Of a stretch of DNA of 64,000 nt, positions 24,461-37,669 are shown piece by piece. A program made the position numbers and the translations under genes. The DNA is from Octopus sinensis (taxonomy: Eukaryota), in contig NC_043002.1 of NCBI RefSeq assembly GCF_006345805.1, positions 43,524,001 to 43,588,000 on the forward strand. The letters run 5' to 3'. The notes below the pieces were generated by a model, which ran no database searches, had not been told where the DNA came from, and worked only from the letters and a program-made list of their open reading frames with translations. How positions within the stretch are numbered: position 1 is the stretch's first letter; the number at the start of each line of letters is the position of its first letter.

Positions 24461-24807
24461 CATATGAATACTACACGCATTTTAATATGAGTAGTAGCCC
24501 AGGTGTCTGGAAGATATACTTGTGTTTGTCACACCTGTTTCCACTTGCGCGTCAAATGAATGTGGTGGAGGGAGTACCTGTGCGTATGTGTGAGTGTGTC
24601 TATGCGTCGGTGCGCGTGTGTATAAAGCTAAAACGAAAGGGAGAAAGTTTACATTTTTGTATACGTGTCAAAATGATTGTGTTAAATTTTTTGTGTTTAA
24701 ATTCATAAAATATTAGTTTACTATGTAGGTTATATTATTCCTGTTTTATTTTCTAATTTTCTTATAAAGGAGTGTTATTTTCATGTCATATATATGTTTA
24801 AAGGAGC

Positions 24808-25392
24808 GGCGAGCTGGCAGAAACGTTAGCACGCCGGGCGAAATGCTTGCCGGTATTTCGTCTGCCGTTACGTTCTGAGTTCAAATTCCGCTGAGGTCGA
24901 CTTTGCCTTCCATCCTTTCGGGGTCGATAAATTAAGTACCAGTTACGCACTTAATCCGTTTGTCTGTCCGTGTTTGTCCTCTCTGTGTTTAGCCCCTTGT
25001 GGGTAGTAAAGAAATAGAAATAGGCATTTCGTCTACCTTTACGTTCTAAGTTCAAATTCCACCGAGGTCGACTTTGCCTTTCATCCTTTCGGGGTCGATT
25101 AAATATGTACCAGTTACGCACTGGGGTCGATATAATTGGCTTAATCCGTTTGTCTGTCCTTGTTTGTTTCCTCTGTGTTTATACCCTTGTGGTTAGTAAA
25201 GAAATAGGTATTTCGTCTGCCGTTACGTTCTGAGTTCAAATTCCGCCGAGGCCGACTTTGCCTTTCATTCTTTCGGGGTCGATTAAATAAGAACCAGTTA
25301 CACACTAGGGTCAATGTAATCGACTAAATCCCTTTGTCTGTCCTTCTTTGTCCCCTCAATGTTTAACCATCTGTGGGCAATAAAGAAATAAA
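24808..25392 (+). mobile_element. SINE family A, trimeric array
   Basis: One full head followed by two ~180-bp units that restart at g(t/c)atttcgtct after ..aaagaaatag. Confidence 0.88.
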
Positions 25393-25743
25393 TATATGTT
25401 TAAAGCGAGACATTTATATGCAAAGTGTAGTTAGAGCTATTTTTATTGTTTTCTAGTTCACTGTCCACCCAGCTCGATCTAAGATTACAACTGTTGTAGT
25501 TTTTTGTTTGTTTTTGTTGATTTTTTTAATACGCTCGCTCGTGAGTTAAAGGCATTTTGGCTTCTATTTCTAGCGACAGCTTGAGTAACCACATTGGCTT
25601 TAGCTAGGCATTTTGATAAAGGTACTGAACAACTAACCTAAGTATTTAGCGTATTTTGTTTGTTTCATGTTTATTTTAATTAATCAAAAAATATTTGCAG
25701 AACTTTGCAAGTATATATATGTATATATATATATATAATATAT

Positions 25744-25807
<64 letters not shown>

Positions 25808-25809
<2 letters not shown>

Positions 25810-26170
25810 CTTGTTTCAGTCATTTGACTGCGGCCATGCTGGAGCACCGCCTTTAGTCGAGCAAATCGACCCCGGGACTTATTCTTTGTAAGCCCAGTAC
25901 TTATTCTATCGGTCTCTTTTGCCGAACCGCTAAGTGACGGGGACGTAAACACACCAGCATCGGTTGTCAAGCAATGCTAGGGGAACAAACACAGACACAC
26001 AAACATATTCACACACACTTATATATATATACATATATACGACAGGCTTCTTTCAGTTTCCGTCTACCAAATCCACTCACAAGGCATTGGTCGGCCCGGG
26101 GTTATAGCAGAAGACACTTGCCCAAGATGCCACGCAGTGGGACTGAACCCGGAACCAAACAGCCACTCCT
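25808..26170 (-). mobile_element. SINE family B, near full length
   Basis: Minus-strand head aggagtggctg..ggttccgggttcagtcccactgcgtggcatcttgggcaagtgtctt; tail ggcggtgctccagcatggccgcagtcaaatgactgaaacaagta. Confidence 0.88.
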
Positions 26171-26187
26171 ATTATTTTAAAAAAAAT

Positions 26188-28100
26188 TTTTATTTTATCT
26201 AGTTTCAGTTCATGAGCTGTGGCCATGCTGGGGCACCGCCATTTGGTGTTGCTACATAATTTTACTTCACGAATGTGTTTTAGGAATTCACATTTGGTTC
26301 ATGAGATAGTTTGATGCAGCTGCCCTCATCTGCATCTCCTGCCCCGAAGTTGGTTCATCTGGGATACTTGACAGTAAGAGACCCAGCTTTATTTTGCAGA
26401 CACCTACATCCACCCTATGCGGGTCTCTCAGGTCCTCCGGAAGGATATTGAAGAGCTGTGGATCTCTGAAGCCCAGTCTATTGCAATATCTTGTCCTACA
26501 TCTTGATGGCAAATTTGGAGTCCTTGGCACTATGGATCTCAGTCATTGGCACTATGGTGCCCAGTTCTAGTATTTGTGTAACTCACAATGCCAAAGTTTG
26601 GGATGTCCAGTGAGGAGAGACATTTAGGCCAGTTTTGTTTGAGAATCTCTTTCTCAATTTGTTTCCAGTTTGCCTTATGGAAGTTCAAGCTGGAAAGATT
26701 CTGAGAGTTTCTTGTAGGCTGCATGTCCATGATTTCCTTTGGTCCGTACATGGTCAGCTCTACCATGCTGTGATCCGAGAGTAGCGTCGGTGTCACTTTC
26801 ACATTATGGATGAGATCCATATTATTTGTGAAGCAGAGATCCAGTATGTTACCTGCCCTGATTGGAGTACTATTTGTTCCATGTACAAAGTGTTGATGAG
26901 GTTTAGGAGGGATTTCATCTATTCTTTTTGGCGTCAAGTCATTCCTGGGAGAGAAAGGCCCTCGGGCCATCTGACATTGGGCAGAATGAAGTCTCCCATA
27001 AGAAGTACACTTACGTGTTGTTCTAATTTGACTATAATTTCTACTATTTTTGTAAGGCAGTCTTCAAACTTGCCTACATGATTCGGAGCATCTGGAGGGC
27101 GATATGTAGCACATATAACAACATCGAGTTGTCTTATATGTACAATTAGTGTGCCACATACTGAATTTGAGTGTGACAAAAGGACCTGGGATGTGATGTC
27201 TTCACGGATGTACATAGCAACTCTACCATGACTGCTTTCTTTCCTGTCGGTCCGTAATACAAGACACTGTGGTATGTGTATTTCTGCATTTGCTATATCT
27301 GGTTTCAGGTGTGTTTCTATAAGTGCTATGCATAAGGCTTGATTGCATGCAACAAGGTCTCTGAAGAAAGGGATTTTTGTCCTGTTACTAAGTGTTACAG
27401 TTCTCTGATGTTCAGTAAGAGCACCCATATGATGTGTGTGTTGTTGCCAGAAGTGTCCACCTTGGGTCTATTTGCTGTGGTGGTCTTGTGTATTGGGGAT
27501 AGTCCCATCTGTGAGATTGATGTAGCAGGGTCTGCTGCTGTACATTCTTCTGTGCCATGCACAAAAAAGAGATTGTTGTCCAGCAGCTGTCCTTTCAACA
27601 ACATGTTGATAGGTCTGGTTTGTAGCATCCACTACATCTGCATACCTCCGTTTTGGGGCAGGTGGTGCGTAGTCCTTTCCTTTTGACAGGTGGTTTCTGC
27701 ACTGTTTCATGTTTATGTGGCGGGGCCTTTGGTGTGCAAAACGGCAGCTTGCAACTTCTTCTCCACGCCAGCAGACACCTTTCAAGTAGAATTTGCACAT
27801 TCGTGCTTGCTGTATCTTTTTATCCTTTTTGTTATATGGGTAGTCAGGTTTGCTTCTTTCTTTGGCTGTTTCATCTTTTGTTTTAGTTTTAGTTTTTCCT
27901 TCATTTAGTTGTTCTTTCTTCGCTCTTTCACCTCCATGGTTTTTCGTTTTGATGGTGGTAGGGGTACTTGCACTTGGGTTTACTTTCCGGACAGGGTTCC
28001 CGCTTGAATCCTCTTCTTTGTTTTCTTGAGTGTCTACCAAACGGGGGTTACTTCTTTCATCTGCATCCGTGCCTCCATTCTTGTCATCTTTGCTGTATTC
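26188..28100 (-). mobile_element. CR1-group LINE with CCCH zinc-finger ORF1, APE endonuclease and deleted RT
   Basis: ORF1-like [25 protein letters not shown] motifs IALIETHL, YRPPD, MGDF.LP, GNILDLCFTN, SDH. Jumps at ~26610 to C-terminal GFRDPQLFNILP..IPDEP, then a 3' tail. Confidence 0.85.
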
Positions 28101-28167
28101 GTATATATATACATATATATAAATACATATATGTATATCTATTTGTATGTATATGCATCTATATATG

Positions 28168-28199
<32 letters not shown>

Positions 28200-28239
28200 T
28201 ATATACATATATACATATATATATGTATATATACATATA

Positions 28240-28468
28240 TATATATGCGTGTGTGTTCTTTGTGTCTGTGTTTGTCTCGCACCGCTGCTTGAAAGCAGGT
28301 GTCGGTATGTCTAAGTCTCCGAAACTTAGCTGTTCGGTTAAGAGACCGATGGAATAAGTACCAGTCTTTAAAGAATAATTACTGGAGTCGATTATTTCGG
28401 CTAAAATTTTTCAAGGCGGAACTCTATCGTGGCCGCAGTCTAATGACTGAAACAATTAAAAGATAAAA
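28240..28468 (+). mobile_element. SINE family B, 3' half, degenerate
   Basis: gttcgg..aagagaccgat.gaataagtaccag..; tail tggccgcagtctaatgactgaaacaa. Confidence 0.7.
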
Positions 28469-29095
28469 GGTATTAGTTTGAGTTTTAGTCTTCTATTTAT
28501 AGTATCCAGAGGATACGAGAGGTTTGAACGATATATTTGGAGCAGTATCTATTGAGATGACGAGAGCTGGAAAAGAAGCGGATGCATCAGGTTGCTGCTA
28601 TTTTGTTGCTGACGTGCTTATCATTGTTGTTAATGTTTATCCCCAGATCAACGCAGACCAAATCAATTTATCCTCCAAAGCATTACATCCATGAACAGCC
28701 TCTCTGTCTAGAAGCATGTCTGGGACACTACTATCCAATGTGTCCAACTCTTATTTAAGATAGTAAGATAGTAAACTGCAGTTTGATGGAAATTTTGCTG
28801 CTGTTTGTAAAATCTTAAACAACTATGTAGAGTTTATGGACCTGGATTCAGAATGCATGCATTTCATTTACTTTAGAGGAGCCAAAACCTCTACAATAAC
28901 ATTAACAGAAGACGAAAATGAGAGAAAACGGCTTGACTGTGAACTAGTGTTTTAGTGTGAACTGACTGATCTTTGTCACTCAGCCAAATGAACTTCTTTT
29001 GGGTGCAATTTAGTACTTGCGCGCGCGTGTGTAGTAAAAGCACTGACCCATGAATATCAGCAGTATTATAGTGCAAATCTTATAGTGCAAAAAGG

Positions 29096-29297
29096 CGGGC
29101 GAGCTGGCAGAAACGTTAGCATGCCGGGCGAAATGCGTAGCCGTATTTCGTCTGCCGAGGTCCACTTTGCCTTTCATCCTTTCGGGGTCGATTAAATAAG
29201 TACCAGTTACGCACTGGGGTCGATGTAATCGATTTAATCCCTTTGTCTGTCCTTGTTTGTCCCCTCTGTGTTTAGCCCCTTGTGGGTAGTAATGAAA
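29096..29297 (+). mobile_element. SINE family A (small internal deletion)
   Basis: Head and core as in other copies; apparent target duplication tatagtgcaaa on both sides. Confidence 0.85.
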
Positions 29298-31293
29298 TAT
29301 ATAGTGCAAATCTTACTTGAGTTTAGGGAAGTATAAATAGTAACCTGTATTGTCCTATTTTCGTACTCTAAAGAAAATAAAATAAAACACTTAACCTTTG
29401 TGATTCTATTTTAGCAGTGCTGTGTACGCGAGGTCGCCTTGAGAGATCATTAGAGACTGTGAGGTTTTGAATGTTTAGTGATTTGAGGGTTTCAGATGTG
29501 TATTGTACCATGTAGACAGACTGTTAATACGCGTTGCAATACATCTTTATGTTGTGAAATGAGAGCAAGTGGGCATCATCTCACTGATTCTGTTTAATAA
29601 GGGTACATCAGATGTGGAATGAGATATTTAGGTTACATGTGGAAGTAATTTGTGTGAAGAATGTTAGCGAAGAATAGCATCTGCAAACGACAGTGTTGTT
29701 AACAGTGACAGCAAATAGGTCGCTAACGATTGATAGAAGAGTATGTAGGTCATGAAGCATATAGTAGAGTCCACGCTCACACACTACTATGGGATGGTCT
29801 GAGAAGAAGCTTTTATTTTAAGAAGTGAGAGACAAATGGAGGCCATATGTCTGCAGCTTAGTTAGATGCAGCCAAAATTCAGATACAGTTAAATGCTTTA
29901 CTGAGTTCAAGTGCAAGAAAGCTTTCGCCGATTTTCTCTCTGATAGTTTGTCGATATATAATCATTTTGAGAGCGCATAAAGTGAATGCATATTAGCACA
30001 GAATGAATGTATAAGGGACATGTCATTTATAGGTCACAAGATGTGACGAATAATTCTTGAAAAAACAATTAAGTAATCAATTAGTTGATTGATGATAGAA
30101 CAGAGGTGAATTACAACAGGTTTTCGTGGCAGGTCACCCTTCCACAGTACAATGATATTCGCTTCAACACATGATTCCACATTAGGGTGAAGTTTAAAGA
30201 ATATAAAAGCTTGCTAAATAATACTAATTAGATTCACTAACAAACTACTTTCCTTAACATGCATAATCTTAACAGTAAGATAGTTCATATCGACAAACGG
30301 AATTTCATATACTATAACTCCTTTATACATGTGTACGTTTATGCATAAATATGTGTATGTGGTAGTGTGTAGTTTATATGTGTATCAGCAATATTTACTG
30401 AGAGTAAATATCTTAAGTCACATATATAATATGATGAATTGAAGAACTTGAGGCATCTGAGATTATCCAAGTAATTAACAAAGAAAACTCTCACAATGAC
30501 GAAGGAGTTAAATGCTATAAACAGCGTGATAAATCCAATAAAATCAATTGAATTAAATTTTTAGACAATATAGACAATCTGGAACGGGGGGCGGGATCTG
30601 GTCTTTAAAGTCAATGGTGAAATCAACGAAGGTGTTCCACTTTTATTAGATCGCGTCAGTGGACCATATTCGCCAGAGATGCTATAGTGTCATGTCACAT
30701 AACCAAACTTCTACATAATTTTCAGTTTGATAACTGCCTGAACAATTTTGTAGTTTGCTATTCTGACATTTACTTTGAAAATACGCTCCGTGTATATAAT
30801 GCGAATGCAAAACAGGTTCCTATATCATTTTAGCTTTCACAGGTCATGATCGTTTCCTCAATCTCATATTTCATATTCATATTCTGTGTTGGGTTGTTTA
30901 CAGCTCCGTAAATAAGTGATTCGGCAAAAGAGAAAGCTAGACTATAGAATACGTACTAGAATTTAAAAAAAGTATAAGTACTGAAGTTGATTTGATCGAC
31001 TAAGCCCTTCGAAGCGAAGTCCCAACATGGATGTACTCCCATGACAGGAACAATTAAGAGAAGAGATGAGTGTGCGTGTGCATATGCATATGTATGTGCA
31101 TTTCTATATTTTTGTATGGATATGCATACGAGCATATATGCGTAAGTTTTTGTGTATGTACATATAGAATATCGAATTCATATGGAAGAATTATCTCTTA
31201 CAATGCAAGATTGTTATCGATAAATAATAGTTCTTCGCGTATAATTCATTCATTTATTACAGTTTTTCTCTTTTTTTTTTTTGCATCTTGTAG

Positions 31294-31397
31294 TTTTGGG
31301 GCGAAAGCGTCCTCGGAATCATGGCTTGGATAATGCCAATGTTTGTTGTTATGTCATGCTTCGGAGCGGCCAATGGTGTCTTATTCTCAACCGGAAG
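31294..31397 (+). CDS. SLC7A9: Internal exon (104 bp) of SLC7A9-like amino-acid transporter
   Basis: Poly-T acceptor ...catcttgtAG, donor GTaagt. Encodes FWGESVLGIMAWIMPMFVVMSCFGAANGVLFSTG(R), the SLC7 TM8 motif W-I-x-P-x-FV-x-x-S-x-x-GAANG-x-x-F-x-x-GR, in frame with the previous exon. Confidence 0.92.
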
Positions 31398-31451
31398 GTA
31401 AGTCAATGTTTTACATTTTATCATTATATTCTATTATTTCTAAGTCGTTAA

Positions 31452-31655
31452 GGTAGCGAGCTGGCAAAATCGTTAACATATCGAATAAAACACTTATCGG
31501 CATTTCGTCCGTCTTTTAAGTTCTAACTTCATATTTTGTCGAAGTCGACTTTGCTTTTCATCCTTTCAGAGTCGATAAAATAAGTACTGAGGTTGATGTA
31601 ATCAATTAACCCACCCACAGCAAAATTGCTGGTCTTGTACCAAAATTTGAAATCA
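31452..31655 (+). mobile_element. SINE family A, diverged copy just downstream of the 104-bp exon
   Basis: gcgagctggcaaaatcgtta..gtcgactttgcttttcatcctttcagagtcgataaaataagtact. Confidence 0.75.
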
Positions 31656-33184
31656 TTGTTCTAAGTAGTTACTGCTGTTATTTAACCCTCATCCGCCATG
31701 ATTTCATAGATCTATTGTGAAGTACTTTTCATCCATCACTATCTTCTTTATTAAGGGATATTACCTACCACAAAAACATCAAGGTGTCATTTGAGAGAGA
31801 TATAGTTGTTATATCTACTAGGACGAGCAGTTACAGAGAGGCTTCTTTATTGGCTCTATACCTTTTCTAGTTTAGTTAGAGGGGGTGAAGCAGTGGCCGT
31901 TACCCCTCAAGACCGTTTCAAACTGGCGAGATTGATATGATGGTGTTCAAGGACAACATATGCAGTTACGTAAAGTATTTGCAGGGAATATTTGGTAGAA
32001 GTGCTGTTATTCCAGAGGATTACTATTCTAATCCAAATACTTGGAACCGAGTGAACCCTGTTAAAGGCTGCCATGGATATTGGGTAGCGATATTAAATCG
32101 AGTGATGTTTTATTCAAAAGCTTGCCGCGAAGTAGGCTTTGTTAAAGCAAAAACAGCAAAGGGTCAGACGGTTTGTTAAACTTATTACTGCAAAATTGCA
32201 GCAGCAGTTGAAAGAGCTCTGAAAGTTACTCAGGAGGTCTGATGTTGTGATAGTAAACCGGGCGATAAGCATAATGCTTTAATTTTCAGTCAAATTTATT
32301 CAGTAAACTTTAATAGTTTTGTTAGGAAGATGGGTCAATGCCTATGACATTCATAGGCAGAACCTGGTATGAGCGACATGATTAATTTTAAGTATTTCAA
32401 GCATTTCTCGCAAAACACTTGGGCGTGAATGAACTTTCAGACAGTTAATACTCTGATGCGAAAGGATTGGAAAAAATGGTTTGGATATGATGTGACGAGA
32501 AGAGAAGAGGAGGATGTGTAGGGTGGACTTAAATGGATTTGGTCTGCAGAACATTAGTTCAATGGAAATGACGTTGTACACCGTCTCTTATCTCGTCACA
32601 CCTTGCATACGCCACTGATGAGATACTGTGTCTATATATTAGCATATTAGTAAGACTTTGTCCAACCGTCGAATAGCCTTGCTTTTAATGCAGTTAGATA
32701 TTTCTGCGTGTAGCAGCAATACCGACCCATCTTGAAACTTGCTAAGAGTTTGTAGCTGATGAAAGCCGACGTATTCTTTGTGACTCCGAGAGATAAGTTA
32801 TCGTTTGTGATGCAAGATTTTGGTGTGATGTCCTGTATGTGGAAACGTTTGGAAAACCCATTAGAAACTGTGTGCCAGGCCTAACATGAACTGTTTTAAT
32901 CTACATCTCGAAAAAAATGTCAGCTAGTGAGTGTGCAGTCTTATTAATTACAATAAAAAGGAGTAGACACGATAGTATTCTGCATATGAAGTTAAAGTAC
33001 AGCAATTTTCTGTCTTCCTGTCTCGTTAAATTTTATTTTCTGTCACTTTATATCTCTCTGTCCGTCACTATGTCACCATATTCACTTATTGCTTTCTCTC
33101 ATCCCAGCCTTTTCTCTTACCTTTCTTCCTCTCTCTCTCTACATCCATCTTTCTCTGTACACTCACGTCTATGTGTATGCATAG

Positions 33185-33530
33185 ATAGGCACTTGAGTCT
33201 GAGGCGGTGTGGGAAGATGAATGGAGGCATAACGTCGCTATCCCTAATGATCACTCCAAACACTATGATGTTGTCTGGATGTTTGATTTTTATCCCTTTC
33301 GGTACATGTCCCCCGATTGCACTCTCCTCAGATTGACCTCCAAACACTCTGAAATGCTCGTATTAGAGTTTCCGGCGCGAATGTCAAGTAATACAGCATG
33401 CCGTCTCCAAATTTCTGGTAGAGTGAATTGCGTCATGGTGCTGTTTTTGTCACAGACGGTGCTCAACTGTCCCTACTATACTGTGTAGTCGACAAAATCA
33501 AAAACAAAAAATGCGCATGCGTGATGTATA
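33185..33530 (-). mobile_element. Tc1/mariner (maT/DD37D-like) fragment
   Basis: KIKHPDNIIVFGVIIRDSDVMPPFIFPHRLRL matches the family at 63230-64000 (MVFGCISSEFDIMPP). Confidence 0.65.
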
Positions 33531-34078
33531 CACTCACACACACCTGAACACACTTTTAGCTTATTATTACGTGAGATGAACACTGAATATACTTTGGGCC
33601 ATGGATAGTATCGTTCGATCAACCCTTTTGTTTCCAAGAGGCTGACGTGTATAGTTGAGAGAAGGGCCGTAGTCTTGGTTTGTAATCTTAGTTTATCTTA
33701 CACATAAATATGCTTATATCAAGATAAGAATACTGAGTATATAAAGGCTTACACATTTACGCGCGACCGTTTGTGTATGTACTTATACATACACATTGAT
33801 ATAAATATATGCACATACGTGCGTGTGTCTGTATTTGTTTCTCTCTCAGTTTCTATCGATCTGTCTGCATGAATGTCCTTCCATCTGTTCTGCCTATCGA
33901 TGTCTGTATAAGTATGTCACTTTCTCAACAGTTTCACGAACACACATGTTCTTAGATTACTGTTCTATAATATCTAATTTCGTAAAAAATCATTCTTAAC
34001 AGACTGTAAGCTAGCTATACGCATCTGTTTATCGATCGCATCAGCCCGCGCAGTTGCATGCATTATGTATATGTATAT

Positions 34079-34191
<113 letters not shown>

Positions 34192-35021
34192 TGTATGTAT
34201 GTATGTATGTATATGTATGTATGTATGTATGTATGTACAGACACACAGACACATACAAGCAGATCTCACCCTACGTCGTCAATTGATTCCAGGAGACATG
34301 ACTTAAGTCGAAGTCGAATTAACTTGTCTCTAGGCTAGGCTAGGCCGAATTTACTTGTCTCTAGGCTAAACCGATAATAACCATTCCCAGTTCTGTTCTT
34401 TATTTTATGAATGCATTTTCAATAATACATAGTTAATTAAAACCTATTTTAAGCTTACGAACAAATAATATTTATTTTTAATAAAGTCCAGTAAAAAGAC
34501 AGTAATCTAAATTTACGAATACAATTTGGCAGTGTTTAAAATAAAACCCAGTTTTAAGTTTAAAAAACAAATTTAGTAATTATTATTCTTTAATAGTAAA
34601 AAAAACAAAACTACTTTAAATTTACCAATACGTCATACGATTTGGTCGTTTACATCGCGGATGTAGATGGCTGTAGATCGTCAAAATCAACAACTGACTC
34701 AGGCTGTTCTTGTTCGATGCACATAAAAAAACCCAGTTGACAGTTCCTTGAACTGTCTTCGTCTTTTCCTCAAGGATTACATTATAAGGAGCAAAAGCTT
34801 CGTGACAAGCCCCCGCTCTATAATCTTGGAAAAGCGTTGAGCATTTGGATCCATATCCTCGAACATAAAAAAGACCTTTTTTGATATATGCAAATGCTTG
34901 CTGCATTTTCTTAATGGTAAAGTGACGTGGCTCAGGTTCGGATTTGTTATGTGCTAAAATCTTGTCCTTATTATTACAATCGTCGATATAGTTGTCCAAC
35001 TCACCCCAAATGATCATGCAA

Positions 35022-35248
35022 TTTACTCTTTACTCTTACTCTTTTACTCTTTTACTTGTTTCAGTCATTTGACTGCGGCCATACTGGAGCACCACCTTTA
35101 ATCGAGCAACTCGACCCCGGGACTTATTCTTTGTAAGCCCAGTACTTATTCTATCGGTCTCTTTTTGCCGAACCGCTAAGTCACGGGGACATAAACACAC
35201 CAGCATCGGTTGTCAAGCAATGCTAGGGAGACAAACACAGCCACACAA

Positions 35249-35281
<33 letters not shown>

Positions 35282-35704
35282 ATATATATATATATATATA
35301 CATATATACGACGAACTTCTTTCAGTTTCCGTCCACCAAATCCACTCACAAAGCTTTGGTCGGCCCGAAGCTATAGTAGAAGACACTTGCCCAAGGTGCC
35401 ACGCAGTGGGACTAAACCCGGAACCATGTAGTTGGTAGGCGGTGCTGGCAGAATCGTTAGCACGCCGGGCGAAATGCGTAGCAGTATTTCGTCTGGCGTT
35501 ACGTTCTGAGTTCAAATTCCGCCGAAGTCGACTTTGCCTTTCATCCTTTCGGGGTCGATAAATTAAGTGCCAGTTACGCACTGGGGTCGATGTAATCGAC
35601 TTAATACCTATGTCTGTCCTTGTTTGTCCCCTCTATGTTTAGCCCCTTGTGGGTAATAAAGAAATAGGTTGGTAAACAAGCTACTTACCACACAGCCACT
35701 CCTG
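35022..35704 (-). mobile_element. SINE family B, full length, interrupted in its tRNA head by a family A SINE
   Basis: Tail (tactctt)n at 35022-35055; head ..cttaccacacagccactcct at ~35685-35704. Confidence 0.9.
35438..35667 (+). mobile_element. SINE family A, full-length monomer with 7-bp TSD
   Basis: Flanked by GTTGGTA at 35431-35437 and 35668-35674; defines a ~230-bp monomer. Confidence 0.92.
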
Positions 35705-36273
35705 CTACCATTTTTTCACCTTTTTCATGGCATTTTATCATAGTCAGTTTATCTTCCAGTGTTATAGCATTATGCCTAGCACTTTCCCTATAAATTTTCT
35801 TAGGAGCCAGGGGGGCAAAAAATAAAGTCACAAATGAATAAGAATGAGAAAGTAGCCAATAAACAGACGTAAACAAATCTGAATTCAAAACAATCGCGGG
35901 AATCACTAGTGACAACGACGCCTAACGGTATATATTGGAACTACAGTATAATATGAGCTCCGAAAGACCGATAAATAGGACAATGCAGCTTATTTCATGA
36001 TTTCGTTCACTAAGATGCACTACTTTATGGTGTGTATCTTAACATTTATTGTACATGTTTTAGTATGCTTTTATATGTTATATTGTACAGTAACGTGGTT
36101 TTTTGTGTTTTTAACGGTTTTCTAGTGATTTTACGATTCCAATACTTGTGGTAGACAGATGTAAAGTTGAGTAAAATGACTTAATTTGATTTTTATTTTT
36201 CCATATATTATTTTTGAAAACAGACGTATAATCGAGAACAACTTAAATCGAAACGGCTGAAGCCGAGCTATGC

Positions 36274-36303
36274 CTGTGTGTGTGTGTGAGTGTGTGTGTC
36301 TGT

Positions 36304-36342
<39 letters not shown>

Positions 36343-36343
36343 T

Positions 36344-36379
<36 letters not shown>

Positions 36380-36447
36380 CGTGCGTGTGTGTGTGTGTGT
36401 GTGCGTGCGTGTTTGTGTGTGTGTGTGTTTGTGTATGTGTGTGTGTA
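36274..36447. repeat. (GT)n microsatellite
   Basis: Direct inspection; source of the CV/TH-repeat ORFs. Confidence 0.95.
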
Positions 36448-37669
36448 TTCTGGCGTCTTGAATAATCGTTTCCTTCCGCTTATTAATTTTTAAGGCCACT
36501 CCCACTTTTACCCCAACCTTCCCCCTCATTAAAAAAAAGTTTGCTAATCTATCTCACGTGAAATTTTATTCTAAACTATGTATATTGATTCAACAGCTGG
36601 AGAATCAAATGATAATTTTATTTTACGTTAAAGGCATTATATACATACATACATACATACATACATACATACATACATACATACATACAAATATATATAT
36701 ATATATATAAAAAGCATTACAAGTAATACTATATGTTATAAAATAAATAAGATATATAAACTAAATAACTTATTCTGGTTGAAAAAAAAAGTCAAGGTCG
36801 ACAGCCTAGAAAGTTTTAAGTAATGATTTTTCATTTAGACACAAGGCCAACAACTTGTGGAGAGGGACAAGTGGATTAAAGTGACCCAGTACATTACTGT
36901 TGCTTTATTTATTACTGTTGTTTTATTCATTCCTACGGAGTATCGACCCCGTAGGGATGAAAGGTAAAGCTAACCTCAGCGGGATTGAACTCAGAACGTA
37001 GTAGGCCATAACTCTATGCTGCAAGGCACGTTGCTCGATGCTTAGGTACAAGGTCAGCAATTTAAAGGGGAGTGGAAAGGCGATTAAACTGACTCCTGTT
37101 ACTAGTACAAAACAACTAACTCTGGGGAATTCATTATTATTTTGACTGACACAAATTGTGAATCAGCATGATAAAAAAAAAAATGACAAGAATGGGAAGA
37201 AAATTTGAAGCGTTCTGTTTGTTTTCATAACGTATGGATGAAAAAATATTTCTCCTCAGTATATGTAGCCAACGTTCATGCGTGTGAGCCTTCAATATTT
37301 TAGGGCATTGATAACCTTCAACTCTTAGATCAATCATTTCGAGACACAACACGCCTGCTTCATGACACAGAAAACAAAGAAATTGCTGCCAGAAGATATG
37401 CTTTAAAACGAGCCAGAGTTTATAAAAACTTGAGGCTGGATAACTGCCCCAGTCAGTAACATACGCGTAAGTTAACTGCTCCTCCACACTGTAGTCAACA
37501 AAACTTCATTTTCAATTTCTCTATGCTTTCTCTTCCAATAACCGACACAAATTCCACGCCAAGAACTTCAATGACGAACAGTTTATCCTTACAGGATAAG
37601 CTTTTTACAGTATAAGGATTTAACAACATCAACACGACTCAAGTAATTTCGCTTTGAACTTTTTTTCAT

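Larger units (their letters stand above)
34254..36275 (-). mobile_element. Internally deleted Tigger-like DNA transposon with nested SINEs
   Basis: N-terminal RHNAITLEDKLTMIKCHEKGEK (35705-35790) and C-terminal-like HFTIKKMQQAFAYI. Tigger-like ends caagcagatctc (34254) and CAGGCATAGCTCG on the minus strand (~36263-36275). Boundaries are uncertain. Confidence 0.55.

Noticed and set aside
24808-25392. CRISPR-like or satellite array
   Set aside because: The units are ~180-bp SINE bodies without unique spacers, in a eukaryotic context.
29500-29900. Possible highly decayed LINE RT
   Set aside because: Only vague motif echoes (SANDS for YADD); not supportable by eye.
31891-32618. hAT-like element bounded by CAGTGG..CCACTG
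   Set aside because: The inverted match is only ~7 bp and no 8-bp TSD or transposase motif is evident.
32616-32790. CTGATGA motifs at 32616 and 32757 (also 23298, 40064 and 40813 minus) as hammerheads
   Set aside because: No correctly placed stem II-GAAA-stem III-NUH or stem I closure.
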